Translations under genes and position numbers: made by a program | Part shown: one piece after another, positions 25,873 through 38,579 of the stretch | Layout: each line of letters starts with the position of its first letter | Position numbering within the stretch: the stretch's first letter is position 1 | Source: Octopus bimaculoides | Taxonomy: Eukaryota | Direction: 5' to 3' | NCBI RefSeq assembly: GCF_001194135.2 | Contig: NC_069002.1 | Location: forward strand, 23,870,633-23,934,632 | DNA length: 64,000 nt | The notes under the pieces: model-generated | What the model was told of the DNA's origin: nothing | The model's database searches: none | What the model saw: the letters and a program-made list of their open reading frames with translations, nothing else

Positions 25873-27404
25873 CATTAGATGGAATAATCTAAATGGTAAA
25901 GTGTTAAAAGAATTTACTGTCTGAAGATCTTGAAATGCCAAAACAGAGACTGACTTGGTACAACATTGCAAATCTGGGAGGGTATTTCAATTTAGTGACA
26001 CTACCTTCACAATGCAAATCCTATTTAGTTTCCTCACCCAAAACACAATTTACACAGCAAATATTCTACACAGTTTCCCTATCAAAATTAGAAATCCCAT
26101 GATGAACCAATCTATTGGATGTCGTTATAATTCACTGGTCACAATGTGTTTTGCATCATTTTAGCTTTTGAATGTCACCTTGCTGATTTGGCAAGCAGGC
26201 CAACATTCCCCCACACCAGAAGGCTATTCGATTGCAGGGTTATCCATTTACAGCTAAGTGGACTGGGGCAACATGAAATGAAGTGTTTTGCTCAAGAACA
26301 CAATGCGCTCCCCACTCTATAATTGAACTCACGACCTGAAGATCCTAAGTGCAATGCCCTAACCCACTATGCCATGCGCCTCCACACTCTACAATAAATA
26401 GAAAAGTAAGAGTCGCTCAAGCATCCACCATCATCCTTTTAACAAAAACTATGTTATTTTACTGCAGAGCCTGTGTTTCTCTGGCCTTTATTCTTGATTC
26501 TCTTTTAACCCTAATGTGACCACCTCTGCCTTATAGATGCATTAGTTGGAAAAATAAATCTATTATACTATTTCTGTAATGACCATCATTGTCTTTACAT
26601 CCAATTTTTCCATGCTGGTATGAGGTGAATGAAACTCACAATAGCAGTGTTCAATGGCTGGATGCTTTTCCTGTTGCCAACGTTTTTTTTTTTTTTTTTA
26701 ATAAACTGTTTTTCCTTTCATTGAACTTTACACTTTGAAATGTTCAAAACCACTAAGGTATTGCTTACAGAATATGTAACAATCATCTCCAGTTCTCATA
26801 TATAATGTCAATATATGAAGACACAGAGACATGTGCACACATGCATCAACACATACACATGCATACACACTCATTCAAACACTGGATTACCAATATCATA
26901 ACCACCAATTCTTCTTCAAACAACCATTGTAATTTTACGTCCATTTTTCTCTGCTGGCATGGGTTAGATGATTTCATAAGATGCATTAGGACAGCGGCCC
27001 ACTTCTTACTCTAATGTCACACTTTTGACATGGTTTCTATGGCTGGATACTCTTTCTAATGCATACCAACTATTTTACAGTGTACTGGCTGGGGTATACT
27101 ATGGGCTTCTTTACAGTTTCCTTCTACCAAATTTCACTTACAAAACCTGGGTCAGTTTGATGCTGTCATAAAATACACTTGCCATACACTAGGACAAGGT
27201 TGCAAACATCATTAGCATGTTGGAAGAAATGCTAAGTTCAAATCCCACTGAGGTCAACTTTAGTTTTCATCTTTTCAAGGTCAATAAAATAAAGTACCAG
27301 TCAAGTACTATGGGCAATGTGATCGACATGTCCCCTCTCCTCAATATAGCTGATATTGATCCCTGCAATGGGCTAGCGCCCTTTTCAAGGTGAATGTTAT
27401 GATC

Positions 27405-27835
27405 GAGATTACTTGGCATGCAATAAGCACCATTCATGCGTGGATCATTGCCAGTGCCGCCTGACTAGCTCCCCATGCTGGTGATGCGTAAAAGCATCAT
27501 CCGAATGTGGTCGATGTCAGCACCCCTGCCCCGACTGGCTCCTGTGCTGGTGGCATGTAAAAAGCACCATCTGAATGTGGCTGATGCCAGTGCTGCCTGA
27601 CTGGCTCCCATGCCAGTGGCATGTAAAACACACCCACTACACTCTGGGAGTGGTTGGCGTTTGGAAGGACATCTGTAGGAAGGGCAGCTGTAGGAAGGGC
27701 AGCTGAAGAAGCCATGCCAGATCAGATTGGAGCCTGATGCAGCCTCCTGGCTTGCCTGTCCCCAGTCAAAACCGTCCAACCCATGCCAGCATGGAAAACA
27801 GGCGTTAAACGATGATGATGATGGTGATGATGATC
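27405..27835 (+). mobile_element. Retroelement family D with three ~66-nt internal tandem units
   Basis: Units AAGCACCATT...GCCAGT...ACTGGC...GGCATGTAAA; (GAT)n tail. Confidence 0.7.
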
Positions 27836-28289
27836 TGGAAACCAGATAACCATCCTTATGAGTCACAGGACTCAAGAAAAGTATTTTAAAATACATCAGA
27901 ATGAAAACCCGAAACCACATGTTTACAAAGCAAGCTTCTTGACCACATAGCTATGTCTGCACTAACAGCAATGTTTATTTATCTTATAGATGCAAAGTGT
28001 TGCCATTAGCATACAAAGATAATCAGTTCTATGTAGATTGAATATTAATGAATAGAATTGTGTATCAAGTGAACTGCCATCTATAAAAACATAAATGTGC
28101 AAGAGAAGCAGAAGATATAAGCACTACCAAACATTAAGTTAAAGAACAGGTAATTTATTTATGTAGAAAAAGAATTCTTAGTACACAAACTGAACATTTC
28201 TTGCGACTGGATATTTTATTTAATGAGAACCTTGTAGCTGATGCAAACTCACAAGTTTTTCAATAACTGATTACACTTACATTATTTAC

Positions 28290-29390
28290 ATTACACGGAT
28301 ATTTGTCCTCATCTTGTTTGTCGTTAACACGTTTCGGCTGATATACCCTCCAGCCTTCTTCAGGTGTCTTGGGGAAATTTCGAACCTGGGTTCTCATTCC
28401 TAAGATATTTTTCAATGTTATTATTATTATTATTATTATTATTGTTCAGGTCACTGCTTGGAATCAAATTCGGAATCTTGGGGTCAGTAGCCCACACTCT
28501 CAATCACTATGCCATATGCCTGTGGGCAATTATGAAGTTAATTTTAGGGCTTATAAATCTAATATTCTCCCATCCTTCCTTAGTACCGGTTCCCATATGC
28601 TGCTCATATCTGCACTCAGACTGCTTAGGAGGTTGTTGTGTTCTAGCATACGTGCTGCTTCTTTTAGTTTTCATATTTTCCAGTGGTGTTCTCTGTCTAT
28701 TGTTTTCACTTCATCCCACAAGGAGAGGTGGTCTCCATTTTTCCATACATGATCAGCTATACTCAATTTATCAATATCTCGTGTCACATCTTTGTTCATC
28801 TACCCTTATTTTGAGGGGATGGCATGTTTCGCCTTTGTATAACCTACCACAGTTGCGGTCTTTGGTCATTTTCTCTTCTATTGGTGGTTTTACTCGAAGG
28901 AGATATTTGCGAAGTGTTGTATTACTCTTGAATACTGTCCTGATGTCATATGGGCCGCATATCTTTTGTATCTTTTCGGAGAGGCCTTTCACATAGGGTG
29001 GACAGTGTATTGGCCTAATCCTCTCTCTTCTTCATAACTGGAGTGGATAATATACTTTCGGGGTAGTTGTCGCTTAACAGATCATTAGGACACAACAACC
29101 TCCTAAGCAGACAGTAGTGGTTAAGAGTGCAGGCTACTAACCCCAAGATTCCGAGTTCGATTCCAAGCAGTGATCTGAATAATAATAATAATAATAATAA
29201 TAATGATAATAACAACATTGAAAAATACCTTAGGAATGAGAACCCAGGTTCAAAATTTCCACAAGACACCTGAAGAAGGTTGGAGGGTATATCAGCCGAA
29301 ACATGTTAACGACAAACAAGATGAGGACAAATATTTGTCAAATGTAAATAATGTAAATAATTCCTCATCTCTTAAATATAGAACTGAACT
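28290..29390 (-). mobile_element. Penelope-like element remnant: GIY-YIG endonuclease fragment flanked by inverted pLTR-like segments
   Basis: Minus-strand peptide KGLSEKIQKICGPYDIRTVFK...CGRLYKGETCHPLKIRVDE resembles the PLE GIY-YIG region; 28290-28620 and 29085-29390 are inverted copies of each other. Confidence 0.75.
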
Positions 29391-29695
29391 GATTACACTG
29401 TTATTAATGACAAATGAAAATTCCTTCTTACAACATCCTGACAGGTGTGAGTTTTTAATAAAAGTCACCAGAACATTAACAGTCAACTATTAGAATGTTT
29501 TATAGGTATGTTTGCTGACAAAGAATGAAATATAAGGATTATATGTGAGTATACATATAAGAGACCCTTCTGAAATATCTGTTGACTTTCCATGTCCCTT
29601 ATTTTCTTTTTTATTTTGTGATATGCCTTAGAATATGGAATGGCACATAAAGGGTCATATGGCTGGTATATAGCATTGGTATATAGTTTGTAGTG

Positions 29696-29900
29696 TACGA
29701 GGGAGTACTGAAAAGTTCCTGGCTTTGGGTAAAAGAAAATAGAGGAGGATCAGTTAATTATGATTTTATCCAACATATTCTCCTCTCTGATTCACACACT
29801 TATTACAACAGTCCTTTAGTAAAAGGACTTGGAAGGCTGGACCTCCAACCAGGCCTTTCACAATATGCTTAAGGTCAGGAACTTTTCAAGACCCACTCGT
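29696..29900. mobile_element. Mariner-type terminal fragment
   Basis: Starts TACGAGGGAGTACTGAAAAGTTCC, a typical mariner-like end. Confidence 0.5.
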
Positions 29901-31029
29901 ATGAATTCTGATGATCAAAAGTATGGATTTTATCCTCATCATTTAATGCTGATATTTTTATGCTTGCATGGGTCAGACAGGATTTGCTGGGGTAGATTTT
30001 CTACCCCCAGATGCACTTCCTGTCATCAAACCTCGCCTGTTTCCAGTTAAAATAATATTTCCCCTAAAGTAGATATGATTTTCACGAAAGACTGGAAGCT
30101 AACAACCTCACGTGTATGATGATGATGCTCATTTACAACCATCACAACAAGGTTACACAAATATGCATACATACATACACACACACACGATGGACTTCGT
30201 TTAGTTTCCGTCTACTCACAAGGCTTTTATCTATAATAAAAGTCACTTACTCAAGGTGCCACACAGTGGGACTGAACCCAAGACAACTTGACAGGGAATC
30301 AAGTTTCTTTACCTCATCGCCACACTTGCTCCTATTACATTTGTTCACTTGGAATATATTTGTATCTTGTTATTCTTTTCAAATCTGATATCCTGCTCAT
30401 TTTCATTTCGAAATTCTTTTCCCTTGATATTTCTATCACTTGTATTCAAAAAAGGATTGCTGTATCTATCAAAATAATGGCTTAATACAGTAAAAGATTG
30501 CTTTTGTGCAATACGAGCATTTGTCACTTTACCATTTGGTGCATCAGTACTTTACATGTCTCCTCTCTCATCATACACAAATAGAGATTGAGGGTGGGGT
30601 TCGCAACCACAAAGCACATCAAACATTTTATTACACTGGCTGGGGTAACATACAAGTCTGCCACAATAAAATCAAATCAACTACGTTGTTATCTACTGGA
30701 AGGTGCTCTATAGGCAGAAACAGTTAAGATTCTCCAGTTGACCATAACACATTGGGCGAAATGCTTCGCAGTATTTTGCCCATTGCACTGTTCTGAGTTC
30801 AAATTCTGCTGAGGTCAAGCTACATCTTTAGATGAAATGTCAGCCAGGTCTCAAAGGTGGTGTCTTTTTCTTACCAAGCTGATGTGCACCTTGCTGTAGT
30901 GTTGTTCAGTTTAACCACTGTTTGTGGTTAAGGATGAAGACTCACAACCGCAATAGGGCTAAAAATTAGTGTATAGCTGCCATATTCTAGAAGGCTTGAG
31001 ACTTCTTCAGGAGAGACAGATTCGTTTCA

Positions 31030-31790
31030 AACAAATACAAAACTCTATTCTCCTTCAAAGTAGGATCCTTTAACTTCAATGCATTTTCTGCATGTCAGTT
31101 ACTTCACGAAGACCCCTTAAAAGTCCTCCAAAGTGAAGTTGTTCTCACAGCCTCCATCTTCTCAATGCTGTTAAGATTACTGCCCAAGGTTCTCCTTCAG
31201 CTTGAGGAATGACCAAAAGTCACAGGTAGCAAGGTCTAGACTATGGGGAAGGTGAGGGACAGTTTTGATGCCCATCTCTTTCAAGTAGTTGGTTACCAAG
31301 ATGGAACTGTGGACTGGTGTGTTGTTCTGGTGCTGATGCCACCAACCTGAGTGGAAGAGCCTTGGTCTTTTGCAAAAAGAAAATTTCTTCCTGAACTCCC
31401 TCAGAACCTCCACAATGTATTCATTGTTGATTGTTTGGCCAGAGGGAACCCAATGGATGTAGATGATGGCCTTGTGGTTGTAAAAGGGATCATCATGGTG
31501 GCCTTGTTTTGCCTTGGCCTTCTTGGATCTGGATGAGTGAGGATACTTCTATTGGGCACTCTGTCTATTGGTCTCTGGATCATAACATTACACCCAGCTT
31601 TCATCACAGATCACCAGAGACTAAAGTAATCTTAGATTGGAGATAATAAGCTCAACCATTTCCCTTCTGTCACCAATGCTTATTTCCTTCGGTTCATCTC
31701 TGACCACCCTTGGAACGAAGTTCAAGTTTTCGGCATGTTCAGATCTTTATGAATAATTCTGTGTAGAGTTGCCTCGTCAACTCAGAACTG
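31030..31790 (-). mobile_element. Mariner transposase remnant
   Basis: HQNNTPVHSSILVT, HLPHSLDLATCDFW and ESWxYCYDPETxRQSxQW-like motifs (degenerate DD34D-type). Confidence 0.8.
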
Positions 31791-32169
31791 TATGCTTATT
31801 GTCTTTATAGACAAACAGTTTCATCCTGATAATTGTGAATTTTTTCAATTGGCTGTAATGTCTCTCTCCTTCCCACACTCACCTCCTCTCTACCTCTTTA
31901 AACCTCTTGTACCAGGAAGGAAAAAACATGCTCAGCTCATACAAGTTAATCCATGCCCAGTTGAACACAAAACCCAATTGCTTAGCAAGCTTCCAAATTG
32001 TCTTCACATCCTGACAGCATTCCACAAAACTAGTCAGCCATAACAAGCAGGGTTTCGTAGGGTGTATTATATGGGCTGTTACAGAAGTTTCCTTTTATCT
32101 GGAATAAAGAAAAGTTGGTGGCAGGTCAGCTTATTAGATGTATACTTATTAAAAATCACCTGGATCAGC

Positions 32170-32450
32170 TAGGCTGTCTGGTGGTGAGTCAGCTCCACTA
32201 GCCACGGTATTTGCTCCATTCCACTCGTGCTCTCACCATTCTCCTCCACATTGTTCTAAACATCTTTCTTAAATCATCTTCCCACCTGATTGGAGATCTT
32301 CTGAGTGGTCACTTCTGTTCATGCAGGTACCACTCAACAACTGCCCAGCTCCACCGATTGTCTGTGAATCTTGTGACATGACCAGCTCATTGCAGCTTTG
32401 CATGGTGGTATTCACTCAGTGGTTGGCCTGAAGAGCAACCATATCAAAAC
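32170..32450 (-). mobile_element. RTE-type LINE 3' fragment
   Basis: Degenerate RWAGHVARFTDNRW...RPPTRWEDDL-like coding; similar to 14520-14925. Confidence 0.5.
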
Positions 32451-33199
32451 AACTTAGAGATGTCAATGATATATTAAAATTACAATAATCTGGGATAGTT
32501 ATAACTGTCACTCCTAAAAAAAGTCTCAAAACTTCTGGAATGCAATTCATGTGGGTTTGTATTGTACACAAATTTCTAGAATGAAAACCAATTTTTGATT
32601 TCCTTTCAACTTGTTCATATTACTAGTTATCTTTAAGTCTGTGGATATTTTACCAGATACTTGATTAATATTGTTTTAGCCAGGATTGACCAATTTAAAC
32701 AAGAGAGAAAGTGCAGGAGAGAGACTATTTCTTTGTATAATATTCTCTACACATCAGACAGCATTAGCAGGTATTCTAGCAACAGATGTTTGGCAGTTTG
32801 ATAACTTCTTAAAGATTAATTTCATTTTTTGTTCTTCACACCAAGGTAGATGAGTTGAAAAGATATTTGGCATTAGTAGCACATTCTGGCATTCTTGTCA
32901 GTGTTTAGTGTTCATCAGTATAACTTGATGTAATCTGAAGACCAATTTTCTCAAGGAATATACCAAAATAGCAAATGTTGTCTTTTAATCATTTCATTAT
33001 ATTTATTACTGAAGCTCAAATAACTTCAAAGTTAAATTATTTAATTTGGCATTCAATTTGGCCTGTCTGGTTCAATTAACACCTGGACAGGTAGGAATAA
33101 GCAACTTTTCCTATGCCAGCATCTTACTTTCAACAACGGGTGTTTTGGGTAAGTTACGCATAATATATTCTAAGTATGAAATAAGTAAAAGTGACAACT

Positions 33200-33575
33200 T
33201 CAATACTTGCATTTCTGTTTTAAACGTTCGGGAACAATGTGAAAGCAATGAGAAATTCTATATTTTGTGCTTTTCTTCTTTGTTCTCTGAATTATTTCCT
33301 GGGAGTATCTTTGACTTATGTGTTAGATGAAAGTTGCAGCTAACGAAATCATTAAAATAAAAAGCTTGGCATTATTTACCCATTCATATACCATCAGCAA
33401 CAGCCACTTAAGTTTCACTTATTCACTTATCTTTAAAGTGAAAACCATGTGTCTGGACGCACAGGTATGAGCAATAAAAGCAATGCTTTATGTTACCAGA
33501 CAGTGCTGCTGCATCTACTTGTTACAGAGATGTACAACTGTCTTAAACAGTAATCTTAGAAGTTACGTGTTCTTC
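33200..33575. repeat. Unclassified dispersed repeat, copy 1
   Basis: Direct homolog at 36610-37010 (shared AATACTTGCA...GAGAAATTCTA...GAAATCATTAAAAT...CACTTAAGTTTCACT). Confidence 0.7.
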
Positions 33576-33625
33576 AATTTTGTTTGGCCCATGCAAACAT
33601 GGACGTTAAACCAATGACAATAATG

Positions 33626-33668
<43 letters not shown>

Positions 33669-35089
33669 GCATATATATGCCTACACACTCGTGTGTATAT
33701 ATATATATATATATACACATGAGTGTGTGGGCATATATATGCAAGTATATATATATATACCTACATCCGTACACACACACACACATGTATGTATATATAA
33801 TCTCCAGACATTATCTGTTTATATACACAATAGAACAGACATCATTATTTGGTACAAGACTTATTCTTTCACATTTAATTAAATACATGAAGCATTTATA
33901 TCAAGAAATGAAGCAACTGTATACATTGCAGGCCATAAAAGGTGAGTTTGGAACTACTCGAGTAAAAAAAAAATAAATAAAATTCTTCAAAGAAGAGGAA
34001 AGATTGTTGTAGCAACAGCAGTAGTAGTAATTTTCCCAGTGTATTTCTTAATAAATGAATCTGATGTATGTTATTATTTTTTACAACGATATTGTTCTAG
34101 CCTCAGCTTGTTTCAACTGTTTGTACTTGTGCAAGTAAAGTAGTTAGTGTAATAAACAGAATCAGTAAGAGCTAATGTGTCTAGTAAAGTGTCCTTTTGA
34201 CTCCGTCACCCATTCACGCTGCCTTAATAACAGCTTTACTTCTTAAGAACGGTCTGTGGAATCACAAATAGAAAATAATGACATAAAATACTTCTTCATA
34301 ATTTCTTCAATCTCCACATAACAGTCTCTCTTTTATTTCATCCTATTGTTTGTTTTGTTTTGTTTTATTTTTATTTTACATCTAAGTTTGGTTTGGTTTG
34401 GTTAAAATTGATGTTTTTGTTGTCTTTTTTGGTCAGAAAAATTCCTTTTTTGCTTTGTTTTTCTTAAAACTTTTCTCGACAGTTTTCCATTGAACCATGG
34501 AAGATTAACATGGGGAAACCATAAAACAACCAGTTATTTATATAAAATGATGGCCAAGAGACACTGGATTTACTCTGGCTTGAACTCTTGATCATATAAT
34601 TATTTGTTTAAAATCATTATCACACAATTATTGGCACTGATTTATCTAGAAATGGTAAATTTGATCTACAGGTACCAATGTTTCCAAAGAATCTTTTGAT
34701 TATCTGATATCTTAACTAGTACAATCAGGAGCGATATTTGACTATATTTGACTATCATTAGTGCTAGACCCAGAGAAGAGATCCAGGAAGGGCCATAAGA
34801 CTATTTAACAGAAGCCCCCCCCCCCCCACAAAATAATTAAAAGAAATTCACCTGTTGAATTTTGAAATACTCTATCTTCCAGTAGGGCCTAAAAGCACTG
34901 GTTCTGCTTCATAAAATTAGGGTCTCTGAGTTATTGACTACTTAAATAGAGTAAGGCAATGAGGAATCATATAAACATTTCCCTGTCATGCTAGAAATAG
35001 CAGTTAAATCTCCTTAGAATCAAAAAATTCACCCTATAAAAGCAAATGACAATAGATAATTTACTTGCAGGTATTTTGATAAAATTGGA

Positions 35090-35223
35090 TGGATATTTGT
35101 CCTCATCTTGTTTGTTGTTAACACAACGTTTTGGCTGATATACCCTCCAGTCTTCATCAGGTGTCTTGGGGGAAATTTTGAACCTGAGTTCTCATTCCGA
35201 GTTCGATTCCAAGCAGTGACCTG

Positions 35224-35278
<55 letters not shown>

Positions 35279-35455
35279 TTGAAAAATACCTTAGGAATGA
35301 GAACCCAGATTCAAAATTTCCCCAAGACATCTGATGAATGCTGGAGGGTAGAGCAGCCCAAACATGTTATAACAACAACCAAGATGAGGACAAATATCTG
35401 TCAAATGTAAATAATGTAAATAATGTACATAATTCCTCATCTCTTAAATATAGAA
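35090..35455. mobile_element. PLE-derived inverted pair with two hammerhead-like motifs
   Basis: Minus copy at 35120-35165 and plus copy at 35326-35370, separated by a B-box fragment and (AAT)n. Confidence 0.75.
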
Positions 35456-35919
35456 CAAAATTGGATAGGTTCGGCTAATCCTAAATCTGCTTCGTCAGAG
35501 CTTGTCTCTAACTAAACAACATTATCAACAATAATAATAATCCTTTCTATTATAGGCACAAGGCCTGAAATTTGGGTGGGGGGCAGTCAATTATACCAAC
35601 CCTAGTACACAACTGGTACTTAATTTATCGACTCCCGAAAGGATGAAAGGAAAAGTTGACCTGGGCAGATTTTGAGCTCAGGTACTAACAAATCTACCGG
35701 CTCACCGCCTTAATAATAAGAATAGTGGTTTCAAATTTTAGTGCAAGGATGAGCAGTTTTGGACGAGGGTGCAAGTTGATTAAATTGACCCCAGTACTCA
35801 GTATTTTATCAACCCTGAAAGGATGACAGGCAAAGTTGTCCATGACTGAATTTGAAATCAGAAAAGTCCACTAGGCATGTTTTTTGTAATGATTCTGCTT
35901 GCCTTAATGATTCTGTAAT

Positions 35920-36260
35920 GGAGTGGCTGTGTGGTAAGTAGTTTGCTTACCAACCACATGGTTCCGGGTTCAAAGCCTTGTGAGTGGATTTGGGAGACGG
36001 AAACTGAAAGAAGCCCATCGTATATATATGTATATATATGTGTGTGTGTGTGTTTGTGTGTCTGTGTTTTTCCCCCCACCATCGCTTGACAACCAATGCT
36101 GGTGGGTGTGTTTACGTTCCTGTAACTTAGCAGTTCGGCATAAGAGAACAATAGAATAAGTACTAGGCTTACAAAGAATAAGTCCTGGGGTCGATTTGCT
36201 CAACTAAAGGCGGTGCTCCAGCATGGCTGCAGTCAAATGACTGAAACAAGTAAAAGAGTA
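35920..36260 (+). mobile_element. SINE family A with internal deletion
   Basis: Head joined directly to AAAGCCTTGTGAG; tail intact. Confidence 0.8.
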
Positions 36261-36609
36261 ATAATATTAAGAATAACAATGATGCTAATGTGCAACAATA
36301 ATAATAATAACATGCTAGAAATTGTATTTGAGGGAAAATAAACTATTTCATAAGTTGCTTTTAATTTTGGGGTCATGATTATTTTTTCATCATTTGTGTC
36401 TCCATCTGCAGCACAAACACCATACATACCACTAGATACTACAGCACAACCACCATGAATACACTACAACAGTACATTGCTCTACTCCACCACCACATAT
36501 GAACCCTTCCAATCCCACTGTCATCACATATTAGCACTGTCATCATCACCCCTCTCACCACCACCTCACCATTTATATATTCTTCGTATGAAATAAGTAA
36601 AAGTAACCA

Positions 36610-37010
36610 TACAAATACTTGCAGTTCTGTTTGAAACATTTGTGAACAATGTTAAAGAAATGAGAAATTCTACAATATTATGGGTTTTTTTTTTTCTTTG
36701 TTCTGTGAATTATTTCCTGAGAGAAACTTTAACTTATGTGTTAGATAAAAGTTGTGGCTAATGAAATCATTAAAATCTAAAAGCAAGCATCGTTCAGTGG
36801 TTCGTATCCCATAAGCCATATGACACAGTGCTATGTTACTAGACAGTCACTTAAGTTTCACTAATTCACTTAGCTGTAAAATGATAGCAGGTGCATGGGT
36901 GTGCAGATTGACACAATTGCAGCAATGTTAACTTGCATTACTGCATCTACTTATAACAAATGCACAACTGCCTAAAAAGTTTTACTATGAGAGTGTTAGA
37001 TGTTCTTATC
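36610..37010. repeat. Unclassified dispersed repeat, copy 2
   Basis: Homologous to 33200-33575. Confidence 0.7.
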
Positions 37011-38034
37011 AGTATGGAGTTGGATAGGGGATTTCTTCAATTGCAGAAGATCATTGCTGGCTGTTTAACCGAAGGACTGATATTCTGGAAATAAGGTTAT
37101 AATGTGACATACTTCCCCAACTTCACCATACGGCCTTTTGCCTGTCCAAAGTATTTTCATAAGTTTGTCCTAAACATCTAGGTTTCTTGTTTTTCAGGCT
37201 TTTAGTCAGCCCTTGTTTCATATGTTTTGAGTAATATAAAGCTTTCCTTTCACTGGTCTCAAGATATTGTAGTGATTGAAAAAATTTGGGAATTTGCATC
37301 GTATATGATGCACGGACACCTTGTATATTATATATCTTGTATATGGCTTGTATATCATATGTGATACACAGAACAGGCAATGGGTTAAATTTAAATACCC
37401 ACCAAATTGGGAATGTGTATCTTATGTGATTATTAGATGTCAGGGAAATATGTCCCTGTGTAAGACATATGATACACAGGACAGGCAAACAGTTAACTGA
37501 CCGTCATGAGCCAGTACTCGAACTGGTAGAAATAGCAGCCAAATCTCCCTCAATTATATCTTACTCTCCTAATGTAGGACAGTCAAAATTGATAGGCCTT
37601 TGGTGATAGAACTATTTGACCTGTCATCTCCATCATTACTATTGCTATGTCCCCATCACCTTCAAGAACAAGCAATTAAAGGAACCTTTACTTGGTTGTT
37701 GATCCTACTACAAATAACAGTCAAATCTTCCTGAAATCGCATGCCACCTTAAAAAAGGACACACTAAATAATATGGGTGTCTTCTTCGTTTTAACAATGT
37801 GGATTCATTGGTTTGATCAAATGAATTACCTTCCCTTGTTTAGCCTTTTAGTGACTGAGTATTCCTCAGACGTGAAAGGCAGGATCTGGTCAGTGTTAAC
37901 ATAAAACAGAATATTTGGTCCAGGTATGACCAGTTTAAATGCTAAAGAATGACATTATACACTGTGTGACTGCTACTTCTCTGAACTGAGAGGTCACAGC
38001 TCCAATCCATTTTATTAACTTTTGATGGTGTTGT

Positions 38035-38300
38035 TATTTACATTATTTACATTTGATGGATATTTGTCCTCATCTTGTTTTTTGTTAACACAATGTTTTG
38101 GCTGATATACCCTCTAGCCTTCATCAGGTGTCTTGGGGAAATTTCAAACCTGGGTTCTTATTCCCAAGACACCTGATGAAGGCAGGAGGGTATATCAGCT
38201 GAAACGTTGTGTTAACAACAAACAGGATGAGGACAAATATCTGTCAAATGTAAATAATGTAAGTAATGTACATAATTTCTCATCTCTTAAATATAGAACT
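38035..38300. mobile_element. PLE-derived minimal inverted pair with two hammerhead-like motifs
   Basis: Minus copy at 38087-38132 and plus copy at 38168-38213, joined at CCTGGGTTCTTATTCCCAAG. Confidence 0.75.
38168..38213 (+). ncRNA. Minimal type I hammerhead ribozyme motif (best-preserved copy)
   Basis: GACAC-CTGATGA-A-GGCAG(GAGGGTATAT)CAGCT-GAAA-C-GTT-GTGTT: stem I GACAC/GTGTT, intact core, stem II with one mismatch, palindromic ACGT in place of stem III. Confidence 0.65.
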
Positions 38301-38579
38301 GTATGGTGTTGTTATCGTTAGAGGCTGTGGTGATGTATGTGGTTGTGGTCTGGTCATGTCTGAGTGGTGGAGGTAGTGGCAATGGTAGTAGCATTGATGA
38401 CGGTTTTCGTGTGGTGATGATGCTGAATGTGTGGTGCTGCTCATCGAGGTTATGCTACATCATGTTCACTCTTTTAGCATCTTTCCACCATTATTTATAC
38501 TAAAATTAGTTTCCATTTCCTGTGTTCTGGATGTTGTTACTGTTGTGGTTCCAGATGTTGATGTTGTTGTTGTTGTTGT

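Noticed and set aside
27405-27630. CRISPR-like array
   Set aside because: Eukaryotic context; the units are contiguous repeats with no unique spacers and belong to a dispersed retroelement.
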